DNA of 63,864 bases, filler included, from Bigelowiella natans CCMP2755 (lineage: Eukaryota > Protista > Cercozoa), in the NCBI GenBank assembly GCA_000320545.1. It is 5 parts of 5 records of this genome, joined end to end, with 100 filler letters (N's around TTAATTAATTAA, not from the genome) between each part and the next. Parts side by side here need not be neighbours in the genome. Positions count along the whole stretch, not along the records: positions 31,913 to 57,092 come from ADNK01002420.1; 4 more parts are not named here. The stretch is one strand, 5' to 3'. The notes beneath the pieces are model-generated. The model was not told where the DNA came from, did no database searches, and saw nothing but the letters and a program-made list of their open reading frames with translations. This document shows, piece by piece, positions 39,601-51,579 of the stretch (positions are counted from its first letter, which is position 1; every line of letters starts with the position of its first letter). A program made the translations under genes and the position numbers.

Positions 39601-42015
39601 TAATAAAACCAATGCCAATTCTCACTTATTGAGACTTCATTGCTTTTCTGAACATCAGATTCGCCTGTAGTTTGTGTGACAATTGTGAGTAGAAGAATTC
39701 TTTAAAGTCCTTCTACCGTAAAGATGCATATAAATATTGTTATTATTGACTCTGAGCTTGTAGAGCTGCTGCCGCTATGACAAGAAGGGGTAGGGATGCT
39801 ATGAGCACCTGAGAAAATAATCTTTCAACTTGTTTTTGTGAATGTTTAAAAACAAAATAGACAGTTACCACAAGGCATGCTGTGGATAGGAGTGGTTCCT
39901 AGTTAGAAATTTAAGGATATCTATTTCAAGTCTAACAACTAACAACCACATATTGTAAACTCAGCAACCTGGACACCATATGCTACCGCCAGAATATATG
40001 CAGTAGGGGCAGTTGGAAGCATTCCATAGATGAATGCAAATTGTGTATCCCCCTAGTCAGTGCATATAAAACTATATCAAAGCACAAACCTTAGCATCAA
40101 TGTTATCGATGCTCAATTACCTCATTGCGTGTCATAATCCTGGCAATTATTGCCATTACCATGGGCATCAGTAAAACCTAATTGATATTTTACTAATATT
40201 ATTCACTGATAACCTTAGGCTCCCAACAATTGGAAACCTTTGTTGCTACGAGTATGGAGACTGCAAGGTTGTTGCCGCCTTTCATATTAGGATCTATTGA
40301 TAACCTAGATAATGTGATTAATGATTTTTTCTTTATACAAGCTTCAGTTCCATCTTAAATTTACCCAAGAGAAAATAAGGCACATCCTGCATACGTATTT
40401 GCTGACAAAATTATTATCATCAGCTCCGGATATTATGTAACACAAATCCATCTTACCTAAAACTCTGAATATTCCTCCAAAAAAGACAGGGATGTTTTCC
40501 GATCCCACAGTCACATTGACAAACTATCGGTAGGAATTGTAATACTTTATTCTGTATTCTATTAAGGTAAAACAAACAAACTTTTACCAGTCCAATAACA
40601 CAGGACATAATGATGGGAGACTTTATCAACTTCGAGAGTACTATGCATGCAATAGATGCACTACCTGCTCAATTTCCATCCTTCATTTATAATTAACATA
40701 ACGACTAACCGATCATAACAAACCATTTTCATTGACCCCGATCTCCATGCGCTCTCTCGCCTAACCCATCACCAAAAACTTGAACACGTAAAAAATTATA
40801 TTTTCGAAACCCACTCACCAGTTTTTTCTGTGCAGTAGTTTCCATAAGAATAAGCGAGATCTTTTGGGAAAATATTATTAGTTTGGATGAGCAAGTAGAG
40901 GAAAAATTGGGATGTTGGATACAACCAGATTTAGAAATAATAATTGCACAGGAGCCAGAAGAAAAATGTAGGTTCCATATTCTTCGCCTTTTTGACATAA
41001 CGATTAGTATATTAGTATGCAGTTATTATGATAATAGAAGGTGCCTTATACCAAAAGATGCTGTGATGATAGGTAGACCAAGAGCAATGTCTATAGATTC
41101 AAATAGTTCACACATATTGAAGACTAAAGCAACATCGTTTGATTGTTTATAAATCAGCAAAACTCAGCATACCGTTCGATTGAGTCGTGAAAATACCTAA
41201 CATACGATCATTTGTGGGAATCTAGTTTCAACGTTTAAACGTATTACAATATTGTATACCAAAAATGCCGATCATGCCTGGACGGTTGTCACCCTCATTT
41301 CGACTCACAATATAGGTTACCTGTCATTGATAACTGAACTTAGATACGTAGATGATATCGTGATTGTTTCATTGAATATTAGCCCGTTACATACAGCGCA
41401 TGTTCCCATGTAAATGAGAATTTTGGAGAGTGCCATAGCAGCAAATAGCGTGAACGATACCTGCGAATAATCGTTTTGTTATTACACGTAAGGTCTTTGT
41501 ACCTTTTTAGTTTTGCAATTGACTGACCGAATCTGCATTTAGAGTCGCTAAGCCCAGGAAAAAGATTGCCTGTCATAAGTGGTGACATATATGTAATAAA
41601 TCCAGTAATTAAGGCGATCATTTGAATAGGTAGTTGGAGCAAAATAAAATGAGTTACGAACTGGCACAGATATAGTTGCGATAAACTTGTTGAGCCCTGG
41701 GTACATATGCATAATGAGCCCGATTCAACTCATCCAATTTGCATATCAAAATGACTAGAATCAATATGATTGCCACCTTCCATGTGTTTGGCAAGAAAGA
41801 TCTCATATCTGTTAAAATTTAAGTTAAACATCATGCCATCACGCGATGTAGCTACACATGCAATTTAAGGTTTCACTTTCTGCAAAGAAACTCAAGGGCA
41901 AATATCACAGCCGTCTGCCCAACAGACGTGAGAAGTCCTTACAATAGCACCAATTAGGCAAATTGCAGACTTTGTAGCTTCATTCTAACTCATTACCCGT
42001 AAGGACACTCATTGA
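36660..42015 (-). CDS. GPR155: GPR155/LYCHOS-like protein (PIN-like transporter domain plus further TM region); many very small exons, both ends approximate
   Basis: Exons GLNKFIATISVP, AIFFLGLATLN, DIALGLPII, EEYGTYIFLLAPVQLLFLN, KLIKSPIIMSCVIG, YAGCALFSLG, ILVATK|LLMP and FAFIYGMLPTAPTAYILA. They match GPR155 GLGNFVSRFALP, DFALGYPIV, YIYLVAPISLMMLN, NPIVFMVFIG, FSGSALFYLG, ITAKLLVLP and YAFLYGVFPVAP. Confidence 0.8.
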
Positions 42016-42458
42016 AGCGGATGGGGGAGTTCGAATTATAAGCTCCTGCAAGTTCCTCAGTAATAAATCCCCGCTACTGACAGACATAAGGGCATTGGAG
42101 AAGTATTACGACAACAAAAATCGCCATGTCGTAACTTACGTATGCAGGACATCTGATGAGAAAAACTCTGAAACCATAGAATCTCGTCGATTCTACAACC
42201 AAATTCTTGCAACTAATTGAAAACGAAGGCCATTTCTATCCCAAAAAAAGGTCTTGCGGTGAACTTGGTGCTGAGAAATAAAATGGAGATATTTTGATCC
42301 GAAATTTTCAGATCTTGCCTTTGTTCAAATACCTGGAATGTACCAAAAACGGACAGAAATTCATATTTTTCACATGCTCTGAATCTGTCTCAAAGAGAAA
42401 ATCACCCGTGTTTTACTTTTTCTATGATGCTTGAACTCTGAATGCCCCTCAAAAAACA

Positions 42459-43690
42459 ATGGGGGCTACCAAATCAAGTGAGATCTCAGGCCTATCCCGC
42501 GAGGAGGTTGCGAATGCGATTTTCAGACACCTCGATGATGACAACAGCAAGGTTTGTGCGCATAAAATTCACTTTGCATCCAGATCTAGAGATATAACAT
42601 TTGCTTTCTCAGCGATTGGATGTGACGGAACTCGAGGGTCAGGGATGTGGAGACATGGTGAAGATGTACTTCGCAAACAGGGAACAAACTATGAACGAAG
42701 TTCAATTCGTAAACGCTTTGCTTGCAAAATGGAAACTTGGTAAATACAAAGTTAAAGCTATTTCTCAAGGAAAATAGTTATTTAACACAAACTGTTCTCT
42801 CCACAACACATAGATAAAGATCCAGAATACGAGAAAAAGGCCCTTCAACTCATCGAGACCGCTAAGTCGGTGAAGGTGGGAACTGCTGATGAAGAAAAGA
42901 AACTCTCGGTAATAACATTCACTTTGAAGATTGTGAAGCAATAAGTACGATATAGCAACCACTTCAACCATCTAACTACAGGAATGCAAAGATAAAGCTG
43001 AAATGTGTGGCCTTGTCTTCGAAGCTCTGGATGACGACAAGAGCGGGTGAGTGTTGACCGTTATCTTCATTGCGATCATGTGTCAGTATTTTTTCTCTTT
43101 AATAGATCTTTGGACCTAAAAGAAGTGATCAAGCAGCTGGATCCATACCATAAGAAAGCACAATTTGTCCTGGTGTGATTTTTGTGATCACTATAAATTT
43201 CAATCAAAATTTTTAAATGTACTTTGTGCACGGCATCTTACACTATGGTTTTTGATCTACAGAAAGAGGGTGGCCAGGTCGAGTATTCTATGAAATATTG
43301 GGAGGATATTTTCAAAGGATATGATAAGGTGGGTCGCGTTTGTTGATAACTTGAAAGCCACGAAGATTTCCATAACATTGTGTTTGTGTGTGATTTTTTT
43401 AGGATAAGAATGGCCACGTAAGCCAAAAAGAATTTACGTCTGCCATCGTTGAGAAATTCAAAGACAGTAATCACATAATCAAACTCTAACTGAAAGCGAT
43501 CAAATTTCTCTGAGTTTAACCTTAATAATTTGTTCTTGATTACACGGATGATATTTTTGGTGTAAATAATACCACAGAAGAGGAAAAATTATTTCTCTTG
43601 ATCCTTGCAAAGATGCTGAAGTCTGCCAATATGATCAATGCTGCTAAGGGAAAGAAGGGAGAGGCTGCAGAAGAAAAGAAGAAAGATTGA
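42459..43690 (+). CDS. N-myristoylated EF-hand calcium-binding protein, copy 1 (8 exons)
   Basis: MGATKSS start; EF loops DDDNSKRLDVTE, DDDKSGSLDLKE and DKDKNGHVSQKE; GT-AG introns; stop TGA 43688-43690. Confidence 0.85.
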
Positions 43691-44099
43691 AATCTTGTCC
43701 CCAAGTGTAATTCTATTACACTATTAACTTTCCATGGAGGCCATACGAACCAGTTTGCCGTTACAATATTGGGATAGCGCAAATTTGTGTTTATTTGAAT
43801 ATGCATTTTTGCACAGAATAACTGCATGGCATTCATACAATGGAAACCCTAATGTGCATTTTATATTTATTACACAGTAATGTCTACATGTCATTACGAT
43901 TCGAAAATTGGAGCATAGCATCAGTTAGCCATCGTGCCATTTGATGACAAGATGTGTAGCCGCATTTGACTGCAACCATGCGCACATGCTAAACGCACTC
44001 ATGCGCATAGAATCGAGCATTTCTACTTTTGTTGAAATCACAATCGAATGCTCCACCACTATTTAGCTACGCTAGCGCATAGCCACATGGGGTGGGCAA

Positions 44100-44556
44100 C
44101 AATCTGCTGTTGCACCTCTGAGCACTGCGAATTGCGATCGAGGGACACGTTCTAGCGTTGTTGAGATCAAGATCATTGGAAAGCACTGGAGCATGTTGCA
44201 AGCAAAAAGAGGTTCTATGCACAAGCAAAAGTGCCGATTTGATTGCAGTTGCAACACATCTTGACATCTGGAAAACGCATGTGTTGGACATCATTGTGGG
44301 CTCATCCAAGTTTGAAGCGCATGACCACCGCTCCAGCTGCTAGCTAGCTAGCTAGCGCTAGACCGCTAGATCGGCACAAACTAGCAAACAGCAATGCTGG
44401 AATGCTGGAATGCTAGAATGGTCGATCACATCTAGACATCACTAGATCGGCACAAAATTGTCGCCCATCCACATGTGATGTGACCCCCTAGCCCCACTGT
44501 TGACCCACAAAAGCATCGGCAGCTGAAACAGCACGCACCTTCTTTTTTGTCATCTG

Positions 44557-44593
<37 letters not shown>

Positions 44594-46080
44594 TCTCTCT
44601 CCCTCCCTCTCTCTCCCGACCGCGAGCATGCAGCCAACAAAGCAGTTCTCTGCTTCTCTCATGTGTGTTTTTGCAACTGTCTGTCCAGTCTGCCCAGCTG
44701 TGTGGCGGCGTGACATGGACTTGAACGTTCGTTGATTCCTGCCCCGTTCTGTCATCTCTTTTTCCCAAATGGACATGGAACTTTTTCTCCATTTCTGCTT
44801 TCCTCAACGTTCATCCCCTCTCAAGGCAGCGGCTCTGTCATGGGCATCATTGCCACGTCAGACTGAATTGAAGAAGCGCCACCTGTCCAGCAATGCCGGT
44901 GGGCCGAATTTCAAAAAATTCGGACTCATTCAAGATTCGCTCGATCCCTGCGACAAAGATCTTCCATGTCGCAGCATGGAAATGGATCACGTTTGGAATC
45001 GGGGATTCTGTTTCAATGGGATGGTGTTTTTGGCCCTGCGACAACACAAAGTGTCCAGATTTTCTAGTTTTCAAATGTCTCGACATTGAGCATCATCTGC
45101 TCACACGCAGAGGGGCTCCAGGGGCTGTTTCAAGATCTTGGCATGTCCTCGTCGTGCGCCCAAAAATTTCATGAAAGAGTGCCGCCATGCTGCTACCTGT
45201 GCGCCTTCAGCGACGGCGAATGTCAATTTTTGTGCGGGTTGTTTTCCTGGACCTCAATTGCAGACACAGTGACAGTGCATGCATCACGTGTGTGGTGTTG
45301 CATGTCCATCATTGCACCTAGATGTCAACGTTGCACATCATCCCAACAGACGCATGAAGTCCATGACACCAACAGACACATGAGACGGCAATGAAGTGAT
45401 CAAATCTTTTCAATGGTCATCCCAATGTGGCCATGCAAATCAGTGGCTGCAGCGCTCACATTGCATCTGCTAGTTTGTTGCGTTTCCACCATCAGCACGC
45501 ATGCCAGCATGGTCATCGAGCGCGTGGTCCGCTTTCCGTGTGCGGGAACATCACAGCCAGTGGAAGTAGACCGAGATTCCAACTCCGTTCTGAACCAATG
45601 CACAGCTAGACAAGAGGCAATCAATGGTTTGTTGGGACGTGCATGAGCATGTGAGCGACATCGATGACCCGATGCGATCGAAATTGCAACTTGAGGGCAA
45701 TTCCAGAATTGCCAATTGGGACAGACGTTCTGTTGTGTTTGTTGGGGAGGAAGGGGTCAAAGACTAGCTAGTCAGAAGGGGGGCCAGGTCCATGAGCGAT
45801 TGCGTGAACTTGCTGCGTCACAAATGGGCTCAAGTGGTGGATGGCACGTGAAAACGTTCGCCAAGTTGTCAGCGATGGTGTTCCACCCACTGAAACACTG
45901 GACGAGGTCACATCTGGACGTCGTTGATCTGTCTCCACGTCTTCTCCTCATCGCTGATCCATGCCACTCAGTGGTTCTGCATGCATCTGTCACGGTGGTC
46001 CCTTTTTGTTCAATTCTTGACCGAATCACTGTTGGCTGGTGGGACACGGCACCCGGGTGAGCCACTAGAGCTAGAGAGAG
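44100..46080. other. TpA-depleted intergenic island; remaining TA almost only in CTAG
   Basis: Manual count about 23 TA: 20 in CTAG, the others CTAT, CTAC and GTAG. Confidence 0.88.
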
Positions 46081-46189
46081 GGGAACAAATGCCACCCTCG
46101 CAACCGGAAAAATTAATAATGTTTGAGAATTCAGGATTCCCGCACATTCCTCATCCCAACAAGATGTGCTAATGCACTGCTGACAAGCT

Positions 46190-46515
46190 TGTAGCGCGTA
46201 CCACTACGCGGGCACAAGTCACGTGCGACAACAAAGGGGTTGTCGCGGATATAGAATATAGATAACGTAGATATTAATACAGCATAGGCACGTGGGTTCC
46301 GGCGGGACTCATGGCAGCACACCGGAAGTGTGCTGCCCCACGTGCGGCGGCATTCGCGAAAGCTTCGCGAATGATTACGCAGTGCACGATTTAATAAAAA
46401 TATAATCTTTAATAAAAATAAACACAACTCTTCAAAAGGAAGCAAACGTGCCTTTCCCCCCCCCTGCCTACTTGTGCACGTAGCGCCTCGGCCTGTGAAC
46501 ACCTTACGCGCAACA
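46190..46515 (+). repeat. 5' LTR
   Basis: TG...CA ends with a 10/11 terminal inverted repeat; AATAAA signals inside. Confidence 0.96.
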
Positions 46516-46554
46516 ACCTTTGGCTTCCACACACGGGAAACGATTTGACTAACA

Positions 46555-49500
46555 ATGTCACAGCAGCTAGAAGAACAGCAGGACTTTGGCTCGCAGGCCG
46601 TGCAAGGGCACGAGCAGAAACAGGAAAGGAAGGGCGATACGGACGCTAAGGAAGGAGGAGGAACACCTCCACAGGCACCGCCGGGACCAGCACCCGGGAT
46701 TAAGAAAGCAGATGCAGCAGCAGAGGCACTGGAGAACTTCTACGAGGCGGACGACGAGGACGTGGCCGCCGAAAGCAAGAAGGTCGTAATGGCATTACGA
46801 GCCTTGCGACCCAGGGCGAGCAACTACGCCAAACTGAAAGTATCGATAGAATACAAGTATCAGACACATGATGTTTGGGCAGCTATCATGCAGGACATCA
46901 TGGATTACGAAGCAGACTTACCTCCAGAGTGGGCAGCTTTGTTTAGGAACGACGGGGGTCTGGGCGCCTCGCGGGGGACGACCCAGAGCACCGTCAAGCA
47001 GCAGCAGCCGGTACAGCGGAACACCCAGTTCATGTCTGTTAAAACAGCACCGGTTATGATAACGAAATACAACGGGAAAAGAGGTGAGGCAAGGAGGTGG
47101 TGGAAGAACGCTAGGAGTATACTCTGCGACTTTACCCCTAACCCCACCGAAAACGACAAGCTCAAATGGCTAGCTATAATAAAGCAAGCCATGGACCTTT
47201 ACGAGACAGGCAGGACCCGGATCAGGCAGCTAGAGAAAATACACACTACAGTTAGTGGGCTACGAGACGTTGAGGCGATAATGAAGGCTTTTGTAAATGA
47301 ACAGGATGCTAACTCCCTACCCCAGGCTATTAGAAAATACAGAGCAATGATGCAGCATGAGAGAGAACCTGTTAGAGACTTTGCCACGCGCTTCCAGGAT
47401 ATGATCGACGAACTACATGATTTTAATTACAACACAGGTGATGATCAGGCAAGGTTTGAAGAGTTCAAGTTAAAGATAAAGGAATCCACTTACGTTACGG
47501 AGAAAGGCTACACCACGATGGAGGCAGCAGTGCAGGCTATATCCCTACGCGAGCAGGAGCAGGACCGCAAGTTTACCAGCCCTAAGGTACCTGGCATAGG
47601 AAACATTAACGCTATTAAGCCGCAGCGAGACTGGTACAAGGACAGGGAAGGTAACCGACGTTGCGGATACTGCTCACGTAAAGGGAAACACACCGCTAAA
47701 GACTGCAGAGACAGGAAAGAAGGACGACCCAGGATGACGATCAGGCAGCTCAACGAACACTACGAGAAGTTAAAGAGAAAGAAAGGCAGAGGACAAGGAT
47801 ATAACAACAGCAAATGGCAAGGCAGCAACAACGGGAAGAACAATAAATATAAGAACAAAAAGCAGAACAGTATCAATGCTATACAGCAGCAGATAAACGG
47901 AATATTAGATCACCTTAAGCAGGCGCCGACGAAGACAGCAGTACCAGCAACGCAGGACCAAGACAAGCCCATGACCCTAGACGACATAAAGAACTTAGGA
48001 GTATGCAACATTAATGACGAAGACGCTAACAGGACTATCAAAGTTGCTATGACCAAGGTTAAAGTTAAAGACAGCTACGGAGACTACAAGAAACTACCTG
48101 CCCTTTGGGATAGTGGCAGCATGCCGAAGTCCTTCATAAGCCTAAGCACAGTAAGAAGGTTAGGACTATTGGATCAAGTGACTAAGAAAGAACGTAAATA
48201 TGCTCAAGCAGACGGAAGCTCTTCCATGAAGACCGTCGGTGAGCTAATGCTAAAGCTACAGATACCTGGCAGCGACGCGGAGACCCAAATCAAGACCCGA
48301 GTAGCCATGACTTTATCCATGGAACTACTCCTCGGACAGGATGCCCTAGAAAAATTAGGGGGGATCATATCATTCTACAATCACAAGATATACTTTGCTA
48401 AGTTGCCAAAGAAGTCAGGCAGGACCATCAGCCAGAACATGATACGGCTTGACGAGTGGACCTCTGAGTCAAGCGTTAATGCGTTAGAGTTTATGGACCT
48501 AGCGGACAACAAGCTACCTACACCTACCGAGCTACGGAAGAAGAACCCCGGCAAGACCATCCGACAGATAACGGAGCTACTGGACAAGACCCCCCCAGCT
48601 GATGATTGGGATATCGACAAAGGCAAAAAGTACATTAATAAAATATTAAACGAGAAGTACTCTGACATCACCAAGCCGACGACGAAGCCCTCCAGCAAGC
48701 TTACCCCAGTAAAGATCGAGCTAAAGAAGGGATACGAAGAGTGCATCATCAATGACCCAGAACATAGGCGACCGGAAGCGGACTGGGAAAAGATAGAGTG
48801 GCAGATCAATGAATGGGCAAAGGAAGGGAAGATAGAGCCAAGCAACTCACCATGGAACGTGAGACATGTGCTAGCTAAGAAACCTACTTACCCTTTCTTC
48901 CGCCTGGCGCACAACTTCATCCGCCACAACCGAGTAATAAAGAGGATCCAGACACCTACACCAAGGATAGATGACGTTATTGAACACGTCATAGGATACA
49001 AATACTACTCTTCCCTAGATAAAAATGAATCATACATGCAGACACCCATCCACAAAACCTCCCGCCCCATTACCGCGTTCTCCAGCAGGCACAGGAAGTG
49101 GCACTTCGTCGTATTCCCTTACGGCCTAAGCATATCAGGGGATGCGTTCAGTAGTCAGAACTACAGGGCATACACACATGATGGGATGGCGTCTGTGTTG
49201 TGGGTGTTTGTGTTTGTGTATGTGGATGATGACATAATATGTACCAACACAGTCGTCGCTCAGATCTTCCTCCTGGAAAATATATTTATTAGGTTTGCAC
49301 ACTTCGGTTTTACTATTAGACTGCAGAAGTGTACATTCCTAGCTACAAGAATCAAGTGGTGTGGATATTACCTGGAGCAAGGCCGCATCACCCCAAACCC
49401 CGAGAAAGTAGCAGCACTACAGCAAGCCCCTAAACCTAAGAATGCAAAGGAGTTAAAGTCATTCTTGCAGACTGCAGCTTGGATACTACGTAGGTTCTCC

Positions 49501-51528
49501 CCTACCTACGCTAGGACTGCAGCTGCTTTTACTACTGCTTACCGGAAGGAGAACTCTGTAGGCCTCAGCTTCGCTAAGGTGTGGGCCAAGGCTGGCCTTG
49601 ATGCCCACTTCGATAACCTAATAAAGTTATGCAGCAACACCCTATTGAATGCTAAGCTAGACACTACTAGACCAGCTACCCTATGGACAGACTGGTCTAA
49701 GCTAGGTATGGCTGCTGTACTTACCCAAGACCAGCAGATCATACGGGTGTGGGGCAGGGCCTGCACAGCAGCTGAGGCCAAGTACAGCCCTACAAAAGGA
49801 GAGTATAAAGCCATGACTGAGGCGCAGAGGAAACTAAGATACTACCTGCTGTCGGTGCCCAGCTTCACCTTAATGACTGACCACAAGCCCCTCCTAGGCA
49901 TCGACCGCAAGCTCGAAGCGCCTAACGATGAGTATGCAGCTATGAGGGCGGACACGGAAGAGTTTAGGGACAAGAGGACAGTGGTCTACGCACCAGGAGA
50001 CAAGCAGCTTGCTGACTATTTCAGCAGGCTGTTCGAAAAGAAAGTCCCTACCCAGGTCACCCCTATGGTTAACGCGATTACCTTCGAGGACGGCGACTTC
50101 CTGCCTGAGCCAGAGGAGCTCCAGCACCTTCAAGAACACCTGGATAAATACAAACACAAGCATGAGGTACTTAGTGATAGGATATATGTATACACTAATA
50201 ATGTTAGGCGTACCTACGTGCCACGGCGGACCAGGGGAGCCCTTCTCTTTACCGCCCATGGACCTGCACACGTAGGAGAAAACCATATCACTGCTCTACT
50301 CTACCATTACTACTGGCCCTACAAGCTAAAAGAGATAAGGACATACCTGCGTGGCTGCAGGTGCTCCAGCTTGAAGGCGGCAGGCGTCGCCACCAAGGAG
50401 TCCAGCAAGAGCCGTGCATCTAAGAAAATCAAAGCAAGGAACTTCTTAGATATCGTGCAAATTGATGTTTATAAGTACGATGGCTATCACTACCTTACCT
50501 TCGTTGATGTGGCCACTGGAAAGTGCTGGGTTAAAAAGATTATCAAGGTCAACGTTGCTAAGAAGAACAAAGGCTTATATAAGCAGAGGCTTACTAACTG
50601 CTACCGTACCTGGGAGTCTGAGCTCCAGGCTATCCCTGATGAAGTTAGCATAAACAAGATACCAAAGAAGTTACATGTGGATAATGAGACCTCTCTTCTA
50701 CAGCTACCACACCCTAATATTGATGCCTCACCTGTATACTATGCCCAGTCCAACTCCAAGGTAGAGCGACTCCACCGCACCTTGGCCAACCTAAGCAGGA
50801 TAAATAGCACCACACCAGACAAGATACAAGGGTTAGTAAACGACACCTTCACGTCTGGGGGAGGTATCAAGGATAAGGAGAGGGAAGAAGGCGACGACAA
50901 CGACGACGATACCGAGAGCGAAGACGAGAAGGTCCCGTACGATGGCCGAGTTCTAAAGGAAGGACAGTATGTTAGGGCCAAGGTAAATCTGAGATCGAGA
51001 AATAAACAAGACCCCTTCTGGGGTGGCGTTGCAAAGGTTACCGAGAGGAAGGGGAGGAAGCAGTACTACATCTATGATGGGAACAGGGTCACCTTGCGCC
51101 ACATCAGTCACCTAAAGAATTATGATATCGGTGAGAAGCTCCTAGAGGATGTTAAAGTAAACCCTACTGTGTGGGAGCGAGCAATGCCTTGTTTAGGACC
51201 CCGACCTAAGTTCGATGTGGAATATGGAAACAATAAGGTCAGGGTGAACGACGATTGGCGCATGAAGATTGTCTATCTAGGCTACCCTGGATTACGAAAT
51301 ATGGAGAGGGTAGCTATGAAAATAAAGGACGGAAAATATCAGCTACTCTACCTAGCTGTTCCCGACTTACCCTTTGAGCACTGGTATAAGGTCCTGGGGG
51401 ACCTTGATGCAGAGGGCTGGTATGGACACGAACCTAAGGACGAAGGTGAGTTCTGGGTAAGCGACAAAGGAGATAAGGTTAGAGAGGAATCTATTACCTG
51501 GTGGTTGGTGAAGTTCCGAAAGCGATGA
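46555..51528 (+). CDS. Gag-Pol polyprotein, 1657 aa (Gag zinc knuckle, protease, RT, RNase H, integrase, extra C-terminal domain)
   Basis: CGYCSRKGKHTAKDC; LWDSGS; SPWN...YVDD; TDWSKLGMAAVL...YSPTKGE...TDHKPL; QIDV...FVDVATG...HVDNE...SNSKVER. Confidence 0.96.
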   Translation: MSQQLEEQQDFGSQAVQGHEQKQERKGDTDAKEGGGTPPQAPPGPAPGIKKADAAAEALENFYEADDEDVAAESKKVVMALRALRPRASNYAKLKVSIEYKYQTHDVWAAIMQDIMDYEADLPPEWAALFRNDGGLGASRGTTQSTVKQQQPVQRNTQFMSVKTAPVMITKYNGKRGEARRWWKNARSILCDFTPNPTENDKLKWLAIIKQAMDLYETGRTRIRQLEKIHTTVSGLRDVEAIMKAFVNEQDANSLPQAIRKYRAMMQHEREPVRDFATRFQDMIDELHDFNYNTGDDQARFEEFKLKIKESTYVTEKGYTTMEAAVQAISLREQEQDRKFTSPKVPGIGNINAIKPQRDWYKDREGNRRCGYCSRKGKHTAKDCRDRKEGRPRMTIRQLNEHYEKLKRKKGRGQGYNNSKWQGSNNGKNNKYKNKKQNSINAIQQQINGILDHLKQAPTKTAVPATQDQDKPMTLDDIKNLGVCNINDEDANRTIKVAMTKVKVKDSYGDYKKLPALWDSGSMPKSFISLSTVRRLGLLDQVTKKERKYAQADGSSSMKTVGELMLKLQIPGSDAETQIKTRVAMTLSMELLLGQDALEKLGGIISFYNHKIYFAKLPKKSGRTISQNMIRLDEWTSESSVNALEFMDLADNKLPTPTELRKKNPGKTIRQITELLDKTPPADDWDIDKGKKYINKILNEKYSDITKPTTKPSSKLTPVKIELKKGYEECIINDPEHRRPEADWEKIEWQINEWAKEGKIEPSNSPWNVRHVLAKKPTYPFFRLAHNFIRHNRVIKRIQTPTPRIDDVIEHVIGYKYYSSLDKNESYMQTPIHKTSRPITAFSSRHRKWHFVVFPYGLSISGDAFSSQNYRAYTHDGMASVLWVFVFVYVDDDIICTNTVVAQIFLLENIFIRFAHFGFTIRLQKCTFLATRIKWCGYYLEQGRITPNPEKVAALQQAPKPKNAKELKSFLQTAAWILRRFSPTYARTAAAFTTAYRKENSVGLSFAKVWAKAGLDAHFDNLIKLCSNTLLNAKLDTTRPATLWTDWSKLGMAAVLTQDQQIIRVWGRACTAAEAKYSPTKGEYKAMTEAQRKLRYYLLSVPSFTLMTDHKPLLGIDRKLEAPNDEYAAMRADTEEFRDKRTVVYAPGDKQLADYFSRLFEKKVPTQVTPMVNAITFEDGDFLPEPEELQHLQEHLDKYKHKHEVLSDRIYVYTNNVRRTYVPRRTRGALLFTAHGPAHVGENHITALLYHYYWPYKLKEIRTYLRGCRCSSLKAAGVATKESSKSRASKKIKARNFLDIVQIDVYKYDGYHYLTFVDVATGKCWVKKIIKVNVAKKNKGLYKQRLTNCYRTWESELQAIPDEVSINKIPKKLHVDNETSLLQLPHPNIDASPVYYAQSNSKVERLHRTLANLSRINSTTPDKIQGLVNDTFTSGGGIKDKEREEGDDNDDDTESEDEKVPYDGRVLKEGQYVRAKVNLRSRNKQDPFWGGVAKVTERKGRKQYYIYDGNRVTLRHISHLKNYDIGEKLLEDVKVNPTVWERAMPCLGPRPKFDVEYGNNKVRVNDDWRMKIVYLGYPGLRNMERVAMKIKDGKYQLLYLAVPDLPFEHWYKVLGDLDAEGWYGHEPKDEGEFWVSDKGDKVREESITWWLVKFRKR

Positions 51529-51579
51529 AGGTCTAAGGGAATAAGGAAGGAAGGAAGGAGCAACGTGACTTGGGGGAGG

